Assembly (NCBI RefSeq): GCF_006345805.1
Contig: NW_021829892.1
Location: 1-35,295, forward strand
Length of the DNA stretch: 35,295 bases
Source of the DNA: Octopus sinensis
Taxonomy: Eukaryota
Direction of reading: 5' to 3'
The notes below the pieces were generated by a model. It was not told the DNA's origin, did not search any database, and was given only the letters and a program-made list of their open reading frames with translations. Position 1 is the stretch's first letter, and each line of letters opens with the position of its first letter. The position numbers and the translations under genes were made by a program. Positions 1 through 11,110 of this stretch are shown piece after piece.

Positions 1-26
1 ATATATATTTAAATATGTATGTGCAA

Positions 27-74
<48 letters not shown>

Positions 75-139
75 TATATGCCCACACACAAATGCACTTC
101 TAACCAATCATGGCGGTGCGCATAAGTTCATTGCTATTA

Positions 140-620
140 AATGACATCCACAGGACACAATATCAGTCTTATAATACACAAATTTGATGTGAAAACTGGG
201 TTAAGGCGGGAATACTTATATGCCCATCCAGTCTCCCATATTTTTGCCTGTGCTATAGTCATGCTGTAAATTTGCAAAATCTTACATGGTGTCCAAACTT
301 TGTACAGCACAGATGGCAACCTATTCAATCTAGGCAAACTCCATGCCTGGATAATAACCAGGACTAGATTAGTGATTGAACTTTGGTCCTCAGATGATAC
401 CACAGTTAGTGTTGAGCACTAATATACTATGACCGCCGTTATTTGATGTTTATTGTATGACGTAGGTGAGACATTGTGCCGGGGGTTAGGGCCCCAGTGA
501 TCTAGGTTTACTATGCATCTGTACAGATGTGTCCAGAGATGAGCAAGGATTTCTTGATTAAGACTGCAAATCTTCTCTCTCCATGCATTCGACTCAGCCG
601 AAACAGCTTGGAACAAGTGT
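140..620 (+). mobile_element. Degenerate RTE-clade LINE reverse transcriptase fragment
   Basis: The frame from 183 reads FDVKTGLRREYLYAHPVSHIFACAIVML*...YSTDGNLFNLGKLHAWIITRTRLVIELWSSDD. This matches the RTE/BovB RT pattern F.VKTGVKQGC..AP.LF...YRTDGKLFNL.RL.A.TK......ELLFADD and contains an in-frame stop. Confidence 0.75.
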
Positions 621-752
621 TGATGGAGCACAGTGTTTCTCAACTAGTTTTTTTAATCTATGGTTCCTTTTGATTTCTATTCAGATGGACTCGCATAGCT
701 ATTCGATGTTTAAGAAACATATATTTCTATAATTAGATATTACTAGGAATTA

Positions 753-1150
753 TTTACTCTTTTATTCTTTTACTTGTTTCAGTCATTTGACTATGGCCAT
801 GAACCCAATCGACCCCAGGACTTTATTCTTTGTAAGACTAGTACTTATTCTATCGGTCTCTTTTGCCGAACTGCTATGTTACGGGGACGCAAGCATACCA
901 GCATCGGTTGTCAAGTAATGTTGGGGGGACAAGCACAGACACACAAACATATACACACACATATATATATATATATACATATATATATGACGGGTTTCTT
1001 TCAGTTTCCGTCTACCAAATCCACTCACAAGGCTTTGGTCTGCCCGAGGCTATAGTAGAAGACACTTGCCCAAGGTACCACGCAGTGGGAATGAACCCGG
1101 AACCATGTGGTTGGTAAGCAATCTACTTACCACACAGCCACTCCTACGCC
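753..1150 (-). mobile_element. SINE family A, near full length (tRNA-like head, CORE-like box, internal TA/CA microsatellite, second half, (AAAAGAGT)n-like tail)
   Basis: Aligns by eye along its length with copies at 16359, 16935, 19435, 20669, 21325, 31281 and 31699. The head reads GGAGTGGCTGTGTGGTAAG..GGTTCAxTCCC and is followed by CCTTGGGCAAGTGTCTT. Confidence 0.9.
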
Positions 1151-1399
1151 TATATAAAATAAATTTAAAAAACATTTTGTGTATTGTGGAAGTATAACCG
1201 ACTTATTGCAGATAAGTTTTTAATAACAATACCTTATAAGGATTTCCAAGGGCCATATGGAGCAACAAGGGCCATATTGACCCCAAGAGCAATATGCGCT
1301 CCGGTTGGGAATCACTGATGGATGTGATGCTGTCAAGAATCTAAGAAAGCCGGAAGTGATATTGCGACACATTTTTTCCGGTCATCTAACAGTTCACCA

Positions 1400-1555
1400 A
1401 TGAATCGAATACCTTGGACTGAAAACTTTTTATCGACCCCGAAATGATGAAAAGCTGGAGTTGAGTCAAAGACAGGATTTGAACTGAAAGTGCAGAGAAT
1501 CGTAACAAATTATATGAAACATTCAATTCAATACTTTGACGACTCTGCCAGTTTA
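1400..1555 (-). mobile_element. Degraded SINE family B
   Basis: Contains TTTATCGACCCCGAAATGATGAAA..GGATTTGAACT, the reverse complement of the family-B core seen intact at 33412. Confidence 0.5.
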
Positions 1556-1709
1556 CAACCGATGTGCCGCGCTCTCAACTTAAGATAAAAGAATATTGTA
1601 CAGCCACAAACAACCAACAAGCAGAAATCTGATTCGACCACACAGAATACATAAACAGAATATGGAAAATATAGAGTACTGGGTAGTGACCAATCACAGT
1701 AGATTTATT

Positions 1710-1855
1710 TTTTTATCTTTTACTTATTTCGATTATTAGACTTCGGCCATGCTGGGGCACCGCCTAGAAGAAATTTTAGTCGAATAAATCAACCACAGTG
1801 CTATTTTAAAATCATAGTACTTATTCTGTCGTTCCCTTTTGCCAAACCGCTATAT
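1710..1855 (-). mobile_element. SINE family A 3' half fragment
   Basis: Contains TTTTACTTATTTCG..GGCCATGCTGGGGCACCGCC..TAGTACTTATTCT..GCCAAACCGCTA. Confidence 0.7.
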
Positions 1856-1960
1856 TGATGATATATCGAATGCTGGAGAAGTATGATGACATGATCTTTG
1901 ATCAGTTGAGAAGATAGATGAAGATCACGATCTGGCACAAATAACCAAACTTATGGTGTA

Positions 1961-2347
1961 CTAGCAGTATCGCCCGGCGTTGCTCAGGTTTGTAAGGGAA
2001 ATAACTATAAAGCATTTTTAGAGAGTTATAGCCAAAAAATAGCAAAAAAATGGAAAAAAAATGATGGTAAATTTTTTTTTAGTTAAAAAAGTGGAGTTGC
2101 TTCCCTAGACAGTTTGCGGTTTGTGTTTCTGATTCTCGACCCCATGTCGAATTTATCGATTTTTTTCAGAACTGGGGGAACTTTTCAAAATTTTTTCGCT
2201 GCGTTAGTTTTTGAATTATGACATTGGGCTATGTGTGTGTCAAGTTTCATCATCAGAATCGGTTGAAAGCCGTGGTCAGGGTGAGGGTACAAGCAAACAG
2301 ACACACAGAAACACGCACAGACAAACTGCCGTTTATATAGAGAAAGA
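1961..2347 (-). mobile_element. Non-autonomous Helitron (387 bp)
   Basis: The minus strand reads A|TCTTTCTCTATATAAACGG ... CCTGAGCAACGCCGGG-CGATACTG-CTAG|T. It has a 5' TC, a GC-rich 3' hairpin 8 nt before CTAG, insertion between A and T, and no TSD. Confidence 0.8.
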
Positions 2348-2710
2348 TAACGCAATTGTGTCTACTCGCATCTAATGTCTTGAAGCACAGAAAAGCTAAC
2401 CTTTATCTTTTACTATTACTTGCTTCAGTCACTGCAGTACGGCCAAACTGGGGCACCGCCTTGAAGAAATTTGGTGAAGTGGATCAACCCCAGTATTTTT
2501 TTAAAGCCTGTTACATATTCTATTGCTCTTTCTTATCGAACTGCTAAATAACGGGAACGTAAACAAACCAGCAACGGTTGTCAAGCAGTGGTGGGAGATA
2601 AATACATACAAAAAGTCAAGCACACACAACACACCACACACACACACACACACACACACATACATATATACATATATATATACATATATATATATATACA
2701 TATATATATA

Positions 2711-2900
2711 TAGGGAGAGTTTACGAAAAAAAAACAAAAGACGACGAGACAGGGGGAGTGCAAAACAAACAGATGTATTAGTATAACGCTCAGGAAAAGA
2801 AAAAGTCTTTTACGTTTCGAGCCTACGCTCTTCTACAGAAAGGGACACAGAAAGAAAACGAGGAGAGAAACAAGGGGAGAAAATAGTTGAGAGAAAATAT
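2711..2900 (-). mobile_element. Probable Penelope-like element terminal (pLTR) fragment inserted in (TA)n
   Basis: Non-SINE insert flanked by TA repeats that carries a minimal hammerhead-like motif. No coding remnant was seen. Confidence 0.5.
2807..2842 (-). ncRNA. Minimal type I hammerhead-like motif with U at core position 6
   Basis: Reads CUUU-CUGUAGA-A-GAGC(GUAG)GCUC-GAAAC-GUA-AAAG. Stem I is CUUU/AAAG, stem II is GAGC/GCUC, stem III is the palindrome ACGU, and the cleavage triplet is GUA. Confidence 0.55.
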
Positions 2901-3639
2901 ATATGATGGGCTTCTTTCAGACTCCGTCTACCAAATCTAAAGCTTTGGTCGGTTTGGCATTATAGAAGAACACACTTGCCCGATATTCCACGCAATGGGA
3001 CTGAACCCAGAACCACGTGGTAGGGTAGCAAGCTTCCCCATAAGCTGCAAATATATCATACGAGATGCAAATCGTGTGGCAGAACAGAAATACTTGAGAA
3101 AGTCAACGTCTGCACTGAAACCAGTGCAAAGCGATTTAATCCCTCTCTCTTCTCTCGAGACACACATATAAGATATTCTTAGAGATATTAGATAACCACA
3201 AATTTGATTGGTTAATAAAAATCAAATATACCGTGGGAAAAAAATTGAATGCCCAGTGTGGAATATATAAATTGAAGCCGAAATATAACTAGACCACTAG
3301 ATCTGAGAAGTGGTAACACGAAGCTTAAGTATCTCATTGTTGAAGTTATATCTTCTGAGTTTTCTCAAGTCGTGTGTATCTTACAAGTCTACGTGACTAC
3401 AAGTTCAAGTGTAAGTGTGAGAAAATTATGCTTCTTGAGACCCAACGGTCATATTAGGACTTCCACTAAAAGCTCCGGTTTCGTTGCAGTATTTTTCCGT
3501 CTCCATTTTATATAAGAAGTAATTTTTACATTGAATAAACTCACAAATGTCCTACACATTTACTGCAGTACTGTTTGAGGAATTAAAAAGCTTATTTAAA
3601 GTTTCGTATTCAGTAGGTCAAGTTGCTGGAACACGTCCA

Positions 3640-4115
3640 CCAGAATTGCCTTCGCTCCATTATAGACATGTCCTTGAAGGAATCCATCACCTAACAATAA
3701 CGGAGTTCTCCAGCATGTCACGTCACATGCATAGACAAATCCAGAAAGCCGAAAACCGTATTCTACAGTGAGCTCGACCAGCGAAAAAGAGACAGCGGAG
3801 TCCCAACAGCCGGAGGCACTTCAAAGACCAGCTGAAACGCCAGCTCAACCAGGCAAGAAGCGACTTCACAGTAGAGTGTGTGGTGTGGAGAGATCGCATC
3901 CAAACTGCTGGAAGCAATTTTGAGAAGGCCAGATAATTACGGTGGATGAGAAACGCCAAAGAAGGAAAGAGTCATTGTCACAACTCCCATCTGATCAAAG
4001 CCTACATATTTGCCCCAAGTAAGCCAGAGCCTTGTCATTCAAGGACCAGTTTACACAACCACACTTACGAGCTTATCGCGCTTCCTTATGATCTTGGGAC
4101 ACGAATGGCCATGAT
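3640..4115 (+). mobile_element. RTE-clade LINE 3' end remnant
   Basis: Across frameshifts it reads HQNCLRSI...KPKTVFYSEL...RHFKDQLKRQL...WRDRIQTAGSNFEKAR..EKRQRRKE...YICPK..CHSRTSLHNH. This matches the RTE/BovB C-terminus and terminal zinc finger. Confidence 0.8.
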
Positions 4116-4149
4116 TCAACATTTTCGTTACCGTTTCTCACCATTTGTT

Positions 4150-4370
4150 CACTTCAGATGAACCAACGATGACGGAGACTCTGTGTAGTCTCTCGATTTG
4201 CTAGAAATAACTAACAATTTCTCATTCTTCGAAGTACACTCAACTGTTTTGCACTGAACAGAGTAGTTACAGATAAATAACAAATTTGGATGGACGTTCA
4301 GTTGGAAAAGTTTTTGATCATGGGGTCCCTCGATCAGCGCTGAACCAGAGCTAAACGACAACCAAGACGA
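4150..4370 (+). repeat. Unclassified dispersed repeat (related to 23655-23880)
   Basis: The two loci share the blocks CTAGAAAT..C..AAxTTxC and TTTTxATCAT...CTCGAT....CTGA.....GCTAAA. Confidence 0.45.
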
Positions 4371-4484
4371 AATGTTATCCATCAAACCTACGATGTAAGG
4401 AATTCCATCCTTGACCATCTCACCGTTTAAGACAATCCAGGACTGTAATATCCAACACATACTTTTAAATTTTAAAACTCTTGG

Positions 4485-4874
<390 letters not shown>

Positions 4875-5319
4875 TTTCTTTTTATTCTTGTGCATCTTCT
4901 TCATCGTCTTCTTCCAGATACACACCACACACACAGACGGAGTGAAGCCGACGACACGGATGATTGCTTGCTTGTCGTCTGTCTCATACATTTATTGTTG
5001 CTATCTGTTCCCGTTTAGATATGATTATACGTCAACATCTGGGATCCATCAGATGGTGGCACAAAGAAGACACAGATACGATGACTGAGCGGTGGTAGTG
5101 GTGTAGGTGGCAGCAGCGGCAGTGGTGGCAGCAGCGGCGGTGTTGGTGATAGCGGTTTGTTGTCGTCGTTGTGGTTGTTGTTGTTGTTGCTGTTGTTATA
5201 ATGCTGGTTGTGTATGTGGTAGGAGTGATTGGGACAGAAAAAAACAGGAGAAAGAACTGAATGGAAACAGTTCCCCCAAATGGCGGAGAAATGAGACTAA
5301 CAGACAGACAAACAGGTAT

Positions 5320-5760
<441 letters not shown>

Positions 5761-6239
5761 AGGGAAAAGAAAGAGGAAAATCTGAGAGCGACGTAGTGGG
5801 AATTGCTGTAGATAGGAAGAGATAAACATCAAGAATGGCAGGAGGGGCTATCATGTGACAAGATTACAAATAGACAAAGAAAGAGGAAGAGAGGAAGAGA
5901 GAGATGTTTATGGAAATGTTAAGATGAAGAGATAATGTTAAATGGAAGGGTTAAGGGGAGGGAACTAGGAGGGGAGACTGGGTCAGTAGTTGGGTTTAAA
6001 AAATGGAGAGATATGGATGGATAGATAGATAAAGATAGATAGAGAGAGAGGGAGAGAGATAAACAGATAGATAGAGAAAGAGAGAGAAAGACAGACAGAC
6101 AGGTTGACTGAGACAGAGACAGACAGACAAAGAAAGAGTGATAGACAGACAGAGCTGTAGACGGTGAGAATCAGATTAAAAAGAGAAGAATTGTTGTTAA
6201 TGCTTTCTTTTACAGTTCTTTGAAATTATCCTAAGGCAC

Positions 6240-6440
6240 GAGGGTCCATCCACCCACACAGTACCTTGAGTTAATACGATGGTAACCCAAGTTTTCTGAA
6301 TGGATTGTGTAGACAGAAATCTCTTCGGAAAAAGAATAAGTACTGGGGTCTATTCATTCGGCTAAAAAATGTTTCAAATCTGTGCTCCAGTATGGCCGCA
6401 GTCTACTGACGGAAATAAGTAAAATATAAAGGATAAAAGA
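6240..6440 (+). mobile_element. Degraded, internally deleted SINE family A
   Basis: Contains GAATGGATTGTGTAGACAGAAA, then AATAAGTACTGGGGTCTATT..GTGCTCCAGTATGGCCGCAGTC. Confidence 0.6.
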
Positions 6441-6506
6441 TATATGGGTGATTTGATGGTTTTTGAAGGGTTTTTAGTGCCCTTGTTTTATTTCATATAT
6501 TCCGCC

Positions 6507-6805
6507 AGAATTAAACTGGTGACAATGAAGGAACTGGGAAAAACAAATGAAGAGGACGCATGAAAAGCTTGATGCATAATAAACCTGGAGTTACTGGTGT
6601 AGGAAAGAAAAGGGCCATAAATTTTATCACTAAAACTGCAGAGAAGAGCACATTGTGGCTTTGGATAAGGAGAGCAAGCTTTGTGATTTGCAGTTAGTAG
6701 AATGCACGTTGGGTCTTGATCAATCACGACTGTGTCAACTGGGCGAAGGGACCAAACTTTGAAAGGCCACAAAAACATCATCGTTGATGTATCCGGTGCA
6801 TCAAT
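6507..6805 (+). mobile_element. HERO-like (R2 superfamily) non-LTR retrotransposon 3' end remnant
   Basis: Reads WEKQMKRTHEK ... PGVTGVGKKRAINFITKTAEKSTLWLWIRRAS, matching the HERO-type C-terminus (WEE.MEEAHERK...LG.TG....AI......AE..S.WLWLRR). A 3' UTR-like segment follows: GGGTCTTGATCAA..GGGCGA..TTGAAAG. Confidence 0.7.
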
Positions 6806-6885
6806 GAAAATGTATCGTGGAGCTTAAAAAAGAAAACGTTTCCCCCCCACACACACACACACACAAATGTACATTCAGCAGAATA

Positions 6886-7090
6886 CGAGGTGATGCTGAA
6901 AAGTTCCTGTTAAGGGTGTCGCGAAAGGCCTGGTTAGAGGCCCAACTTACCGAGTTATTTTACAGGGCTTGGAAAAAACTGAAAGACCGCTGCAATAAGT
7001 GTCTCAATCTGAGATGAGAATATGTTGAATAAAGTCATAATTAACTGATCTTCCAGTATTTTCTTTTACCAGGAACTTCTCATCTCCTCG
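6886..7090 (+). mobile_element. Mariner deletion derivative (205 bp)
   Basis: TA|CGAGGTGATGCTGAAAAGTTCCTG at the left and CAGGAACTTCTCATCTCCTCG|TG at the right form imperfect TIRs. The interior reads QGLEKLKDRCNKCLNLR*EYVE*, a mariner transposase C-terminus. Confidence 0.85.
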
Positions 7091-7379
7091 TGTATGTATG
7101 CTTTGAAAGTAAAGTGCACTTGAAATGTGAATACGAACGTAAGAAAAGAAGTTGCACTTAAATCGTTTGACTGTCCTTGTTTGTCCCCTCTGTGTTTAGT
7201 CCCTTGTGGGCAATAAAGAAATATATATATATATATATGTGTGTGTGTATATATATGAGCAGGTGTAGCTGTGTGGTAAGAAACTTGCTTCACAACCATA
7301 TGGTGCCAAGTTCAGTTGTGACGAAAGCCTTGTGAGAGGATTTGGTACAATATTTTAATGATGATAAAGTCGAAGTAGA

Positions 7380-7590
7380 CTTTCGGTGAATGTAAGGAGC
7401 TGGAAAGCTGTTCGACAGCATTTGCTTCAGCTCATTGCGTTCTGAATTCAAACCCCACCGAGGTCAGCTTTACCTTTTATATCCCAGGGTGAATTTAATA
7501 AAGTACCAACCAAGCATTGGTACTGATGCAATCGAGTCATTCCTCTCCCTAACATTGCTGGTCATGCACCAAATTTTAAAATAATGATAA
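7380..7590 (+). mobile_element. Degraded SINE family B
   Basis: Contains GTTCTGAATTCAAACCCCACCGAGGTCAGCTTTACCTTT..AAAGTACC. Confidence 0.6.
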
Positions 7591-7599
7591 TAATGATCT

Positions 7600-7785
7600 T
7601 TTCTACTAATAGGCACAGGGCCTGAAATTTGGGAGGAACTGGTAAGTCGATTACATCAACTCCAGTACTCAACTGGTAATTAATTTATCGACCCCGAAAG
7701 GATGAAAGGCAAAGTTGACCTCGGCGGAATTTGGACTCAGAACGTAACAGCAGACGAAATACCACTAAGCTTTTCGCCAGGCAAT
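7600..7785 (-). mobile_element. SINE family B (tail-to-tail with the previous copy)
   Basis: Contains TTTATCGACCCCGAAAGGATGAAAGGCAAAGTTGACCTCGGCGGAATTTGGACTCAGAACG. Confidence 0.85.
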
Positions 7786-7803
7786 AATAATAATAAAAAT
7801 AAA

Positions 7804-7852
<49 letters not shown>

Positions 7853-7917
7853 TAATAGCAATAACAATAATAATAACAACGACGACAACAACAACAACAA
7901 CAATAATAATGATAATA

Positions 7918-9282
7918 GATTGCAAGAGGAGGAACAGTAACTTAGCTATGTCATGGATCGACTATCGTAAGGCATACGATATGATCCTACATTTTTGGAT
8001 TATGGATTCTATGAACATATTTGGTATTGCATCGAATGTTGAGCCATTGCTTCGAAAAAGTGGAGGACAGAACTGACAGCGTATGGAAGAAGTTTGAGGA
8101 CAATAGAAATCAGGAGAGACATCTTCCAATGAGACTGACTGTTCCCACTGATTTTTGCACTGTGCATGATACCACTAACGACTAACAGTGGTTCTGAGGA
8201 AAGCAAGGGCTGGGTATGTATTCAAAACCCGCCAACAAAAAGTCAACCAATTGTTATTCATGGATGATCTCAAACTTTATGGTAAAGATGAATCCCAAGT
8301 CAGTTCCCTCGTTGATACGGAGTATACTTTCAGTGTTGATATCAGAATGGAGTTAGTCTTGAAGAGAGGCAAAATCAAATGTATTGACGGGCTAGCGATA
8401 CCGTCGGGAGAGGTTATGAAGCAAATAGAAGAGACGGGCTATAGGTACTTGGAGATTTTGGAAATGGATAAACTGATGGAGAAAGAAATGACAGAAAAAT
8501 TTAAGGTGAAGTACTTGCACAGACTGAGACTGTTCCTTAAGTCGAAATTAAACGGACGGAATAAGATTGAAGCTATCAAAACTTGGGCGGTTTCACTCCT
8601 TAGATATGGAGCATGGGTAATCGCATGGACAGTAGACGAACTAAACAGCTTAGACAGAAACACAAGGATGTTGCTAACTAGATATGGGATACTGCACCCT
8701 AAAAGTGACACGGACAGACTGTATGTACGAAGAAAAAAAGGAGGAAGAAGACTGATTGGATGCGAACACAGCATTAGAGCAGAAGAAAACAGCATAGCAT
8801 GGTATGCAAAAAATGCCACAGAACCGCTATTATTGGAAGTAAGAAAATCAGGATTGTGTAGGATTGAAGATTGCAAAGATAAAGCACTGTACAAGCACTT
8901 GAGAATTAATTAAAATGAAAATAGGTGGATAAAGAAAAGACTGTATGGACAATTTCATAGGGATGTTGAAGATAAGACAGAGAAAAAAAGATGGCTATGG
9001 ATGACTAAAAGTGATTTAAAACGGAAATGGAGGCTCTAATCTGTGCTGCCCAAGAGCGAGCATTAAGAACCAATTACATCAAATACAGAATAGACAACAC
9101 ATCAGAAAGTGATAAGTGCAGAATTTGTTGACAAAGTGTTGAAACCGTATGGCATATTAGCAGTCAATGTACGCCACTAACCCAGAATGAATATAAGAGA
9201 CGTCATGACAATGATTGTCTATTGGACACTTTGCAATAAATATGGACTTGACAGAGCAAAAATGTGGTACGAACATAAACCC

Positions 9283-9285
<3 letters not shown>
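7918..9285 (+). mobile_element. R4/Dong-like non-LTR retrotransposon fragment (RT plus CCHC zinc knuckle), truncated at both ends
   Basis: Reads NLAMSWIDYRKAYDM (RT), LLFMDDLKLY (YxDD box), KSKLNGRNKI.AI.TWAV.LLRYGA, ALICAAQE, CRIC..VETVWHISSQC...YKRRHDN. It contains stops and frameshifts and is flanked on both sides by (AAT)n. Confidence 0.9.
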
Positions 9286-9321
<36 letters not shown>

Positions 9322-9352
9322 TAATGAGAATAGTAGCAGCAGCAGTAGCAGT

Positions 9353-9385
<33 letters not shown>

Positions 9386-9386
9386 T

Positions 9387-9428
<42 letters not shown>

Positions 9429-9469
9429 ATTCTTTCTACTGAAATTATGATTATTATTATTAATAATAA

Positions 9470-9812
9470 TAATAATATTATTATTATTACTATTATTACT
9501 ACTATTATTATTATTATTATTATTATTATATTATTATTATTATTATTATAGAGAGCAAAATAATGTGTAAAGGAGATCGACAGAGGCATATTATGTATAC
9601 AAGCATCATTCACGCATTACTAGCTACATAAGGACTTATATAAAGGAAAAAGGATGTGTAAACTTATGAAGTTTATCAAACAGCTAATGATGAAGCTATT
9701 TTACTTGATGATAGAAATGCTAAAAAATAATTATCAAGCGTTTTAATATCAACGAATTTATCTTTATATTTTAAAATAATAATAATATTATTATTATTAC
9801 TATTATTACTAC

Positions 9813-9858
<46 letters not shown>

Positions 9859-10086
9859 GAGAGCAAAATAATGTGTAAAGGAGATCGACAGAGGCATATT
9901 ATGTATACAAGCATTCATTCACGCATTACTAGCTACATAAGGACTTATATAATGGAAAAAGGATGTGTAAACTTATGAAGTTTATCAAACAGCTAATGAT
10001 GAAACTATTTTACTTGATTATAGAAATACCAAAAAATAATTATCAAGCGTTTTAATATCAACGAATTTATCTTTACATTTTAAAAT
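9470..10086 (+). repeat. Recent tandem duplication, period ~308 bp ((TTA/TAC)n tract plus ~227 bp unique sequence)
   Basis: GAGAGCAAAATAATGTG...TTTTAAAATA starts at 9551 and again at 9859, and the copies are near-identical. Confidence 0.9.
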
Positions 10087-10933
10087 ACAGAATTTATAAC
10101 CACTCTCGCGTGACATACCTATGACTACATGTTGAGTAAGCTCCATTTCATGCTCATAATGTTGATTGTTATTTAACGTTACAGGACCTTTACGATCACA
10201 CAATTGTTTACAATGAACTGTTCTGTGTGAATATATCGTGGTGAAGTGTATTTTGCTTGCTGGAAATACCTCGGATTCCTGTCCTGCAATTGTCTGCTCA
10301 AGAGTTCATACGGGTACAGGAATAATGCGGGATACATTGTAACTATGTTATGATACCTACCTGAATGCTACAGCGGTTAAGAACTCAAAGGTGCATAAAA
10401 CATTCCCACCGACATTAAGGACAAGATGGAGATGACTGTAACTTCATACTAGTCTTTAAACATTTGGGCGAGACCCCTGGCGCACACCATTCTCTAGCTT
10501 CTAGTCACCGGGAAAGGTTGGAAGAGACTGGAGATTATTTAAAACGAAGGCTGCAGAGAAAACGTTACAGATATTGTGATGTCATAATGACAAGTTGTAA
10601 AACGTAAAAGTTCTTTGGACTAGACGTATGCTTGACAGTTTCACTCACACACAAACTCGCATGTAAACACACACGCACACAAACACACACACACACACAC
10701 ACAGAAGCACACATAAACACACACGCTCACACACGCACAGACATACACGTACATATACTTGCATATATAAGTGTTATAAATACATAGTTATACGACTATT
10801 AAAATATGTGTATATTAACACATATGTACATATGTTTGTATTTATGACGTAGACACACACTCACACACGCACACACGCACACACATGCACAACACACACA
10901 CTCACATACATATTATATATATATATATATATA

Positions 10934-11088
10934 GGCACAGTTAGGACTGTGTGGTTGCTGCTTAACCACATTGTTCCTGGTTCAGTCCTACTGCATAGCA
11001 CCTTGGGCAAATGACTTCTACTATAGCCTCGGGGCGACCAAAGCATTGTGAATAGGTTTGGTAAACAGAAACTGAAAGAATCCCGTCG
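10934..11088 (+). mobile_element. SINE family A 5' half
   Basis: Contains GGTTCAGTCCTACTGCATAGCACCTTGGGCAAATGACTT..GAAACTGAAAGAATCCCGTCG followed by (TA)n. Confidence 0.8.
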
Positions 11089-11110
11089 TATATATATATA
11101 TATATATATA

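Larger units (their letters stand above)
2395..3045 (-). mobile_element. SINE family A interrupted in its internal microsatellite by a ~190-bp insertion
   Basis: The 3' half lies at ~2395-2620 and the 5' half at ~2905-3045, separated by a CA/TA tract plus foreign sequence at 2711-2900. Confidence 0.75.

Noticed and set aside
774-1117. Recurring ORFs such as FQSFDCGHAG.., PRCHAVGLNPEPCG and GFFQFPSTK
   Set aside because: They are translations of SINE-A copies. Recurrence reflects the repeat, not a protein family.
2240-2260. Minus-strand CTGATGATGAAAC resembling a hammerhead core
   Set aside because: There is no stem II between CTGATGA and GAAA, and it lies inside the Helitron.
6216-6270. Strong acceptor followed by FFEIILRHEGPSTHT
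   Set aside because: It runs into a degraded SINE-A, has an early stop and has no good donor.
10370-10440. Minus-strand HLVLNVGG resembling a BTB/T1 domain start
   Set aside because: Only LNVGG matches, there is an in-frame stop a few codons upstream with no ATG, and the downstream sequence does not fit.
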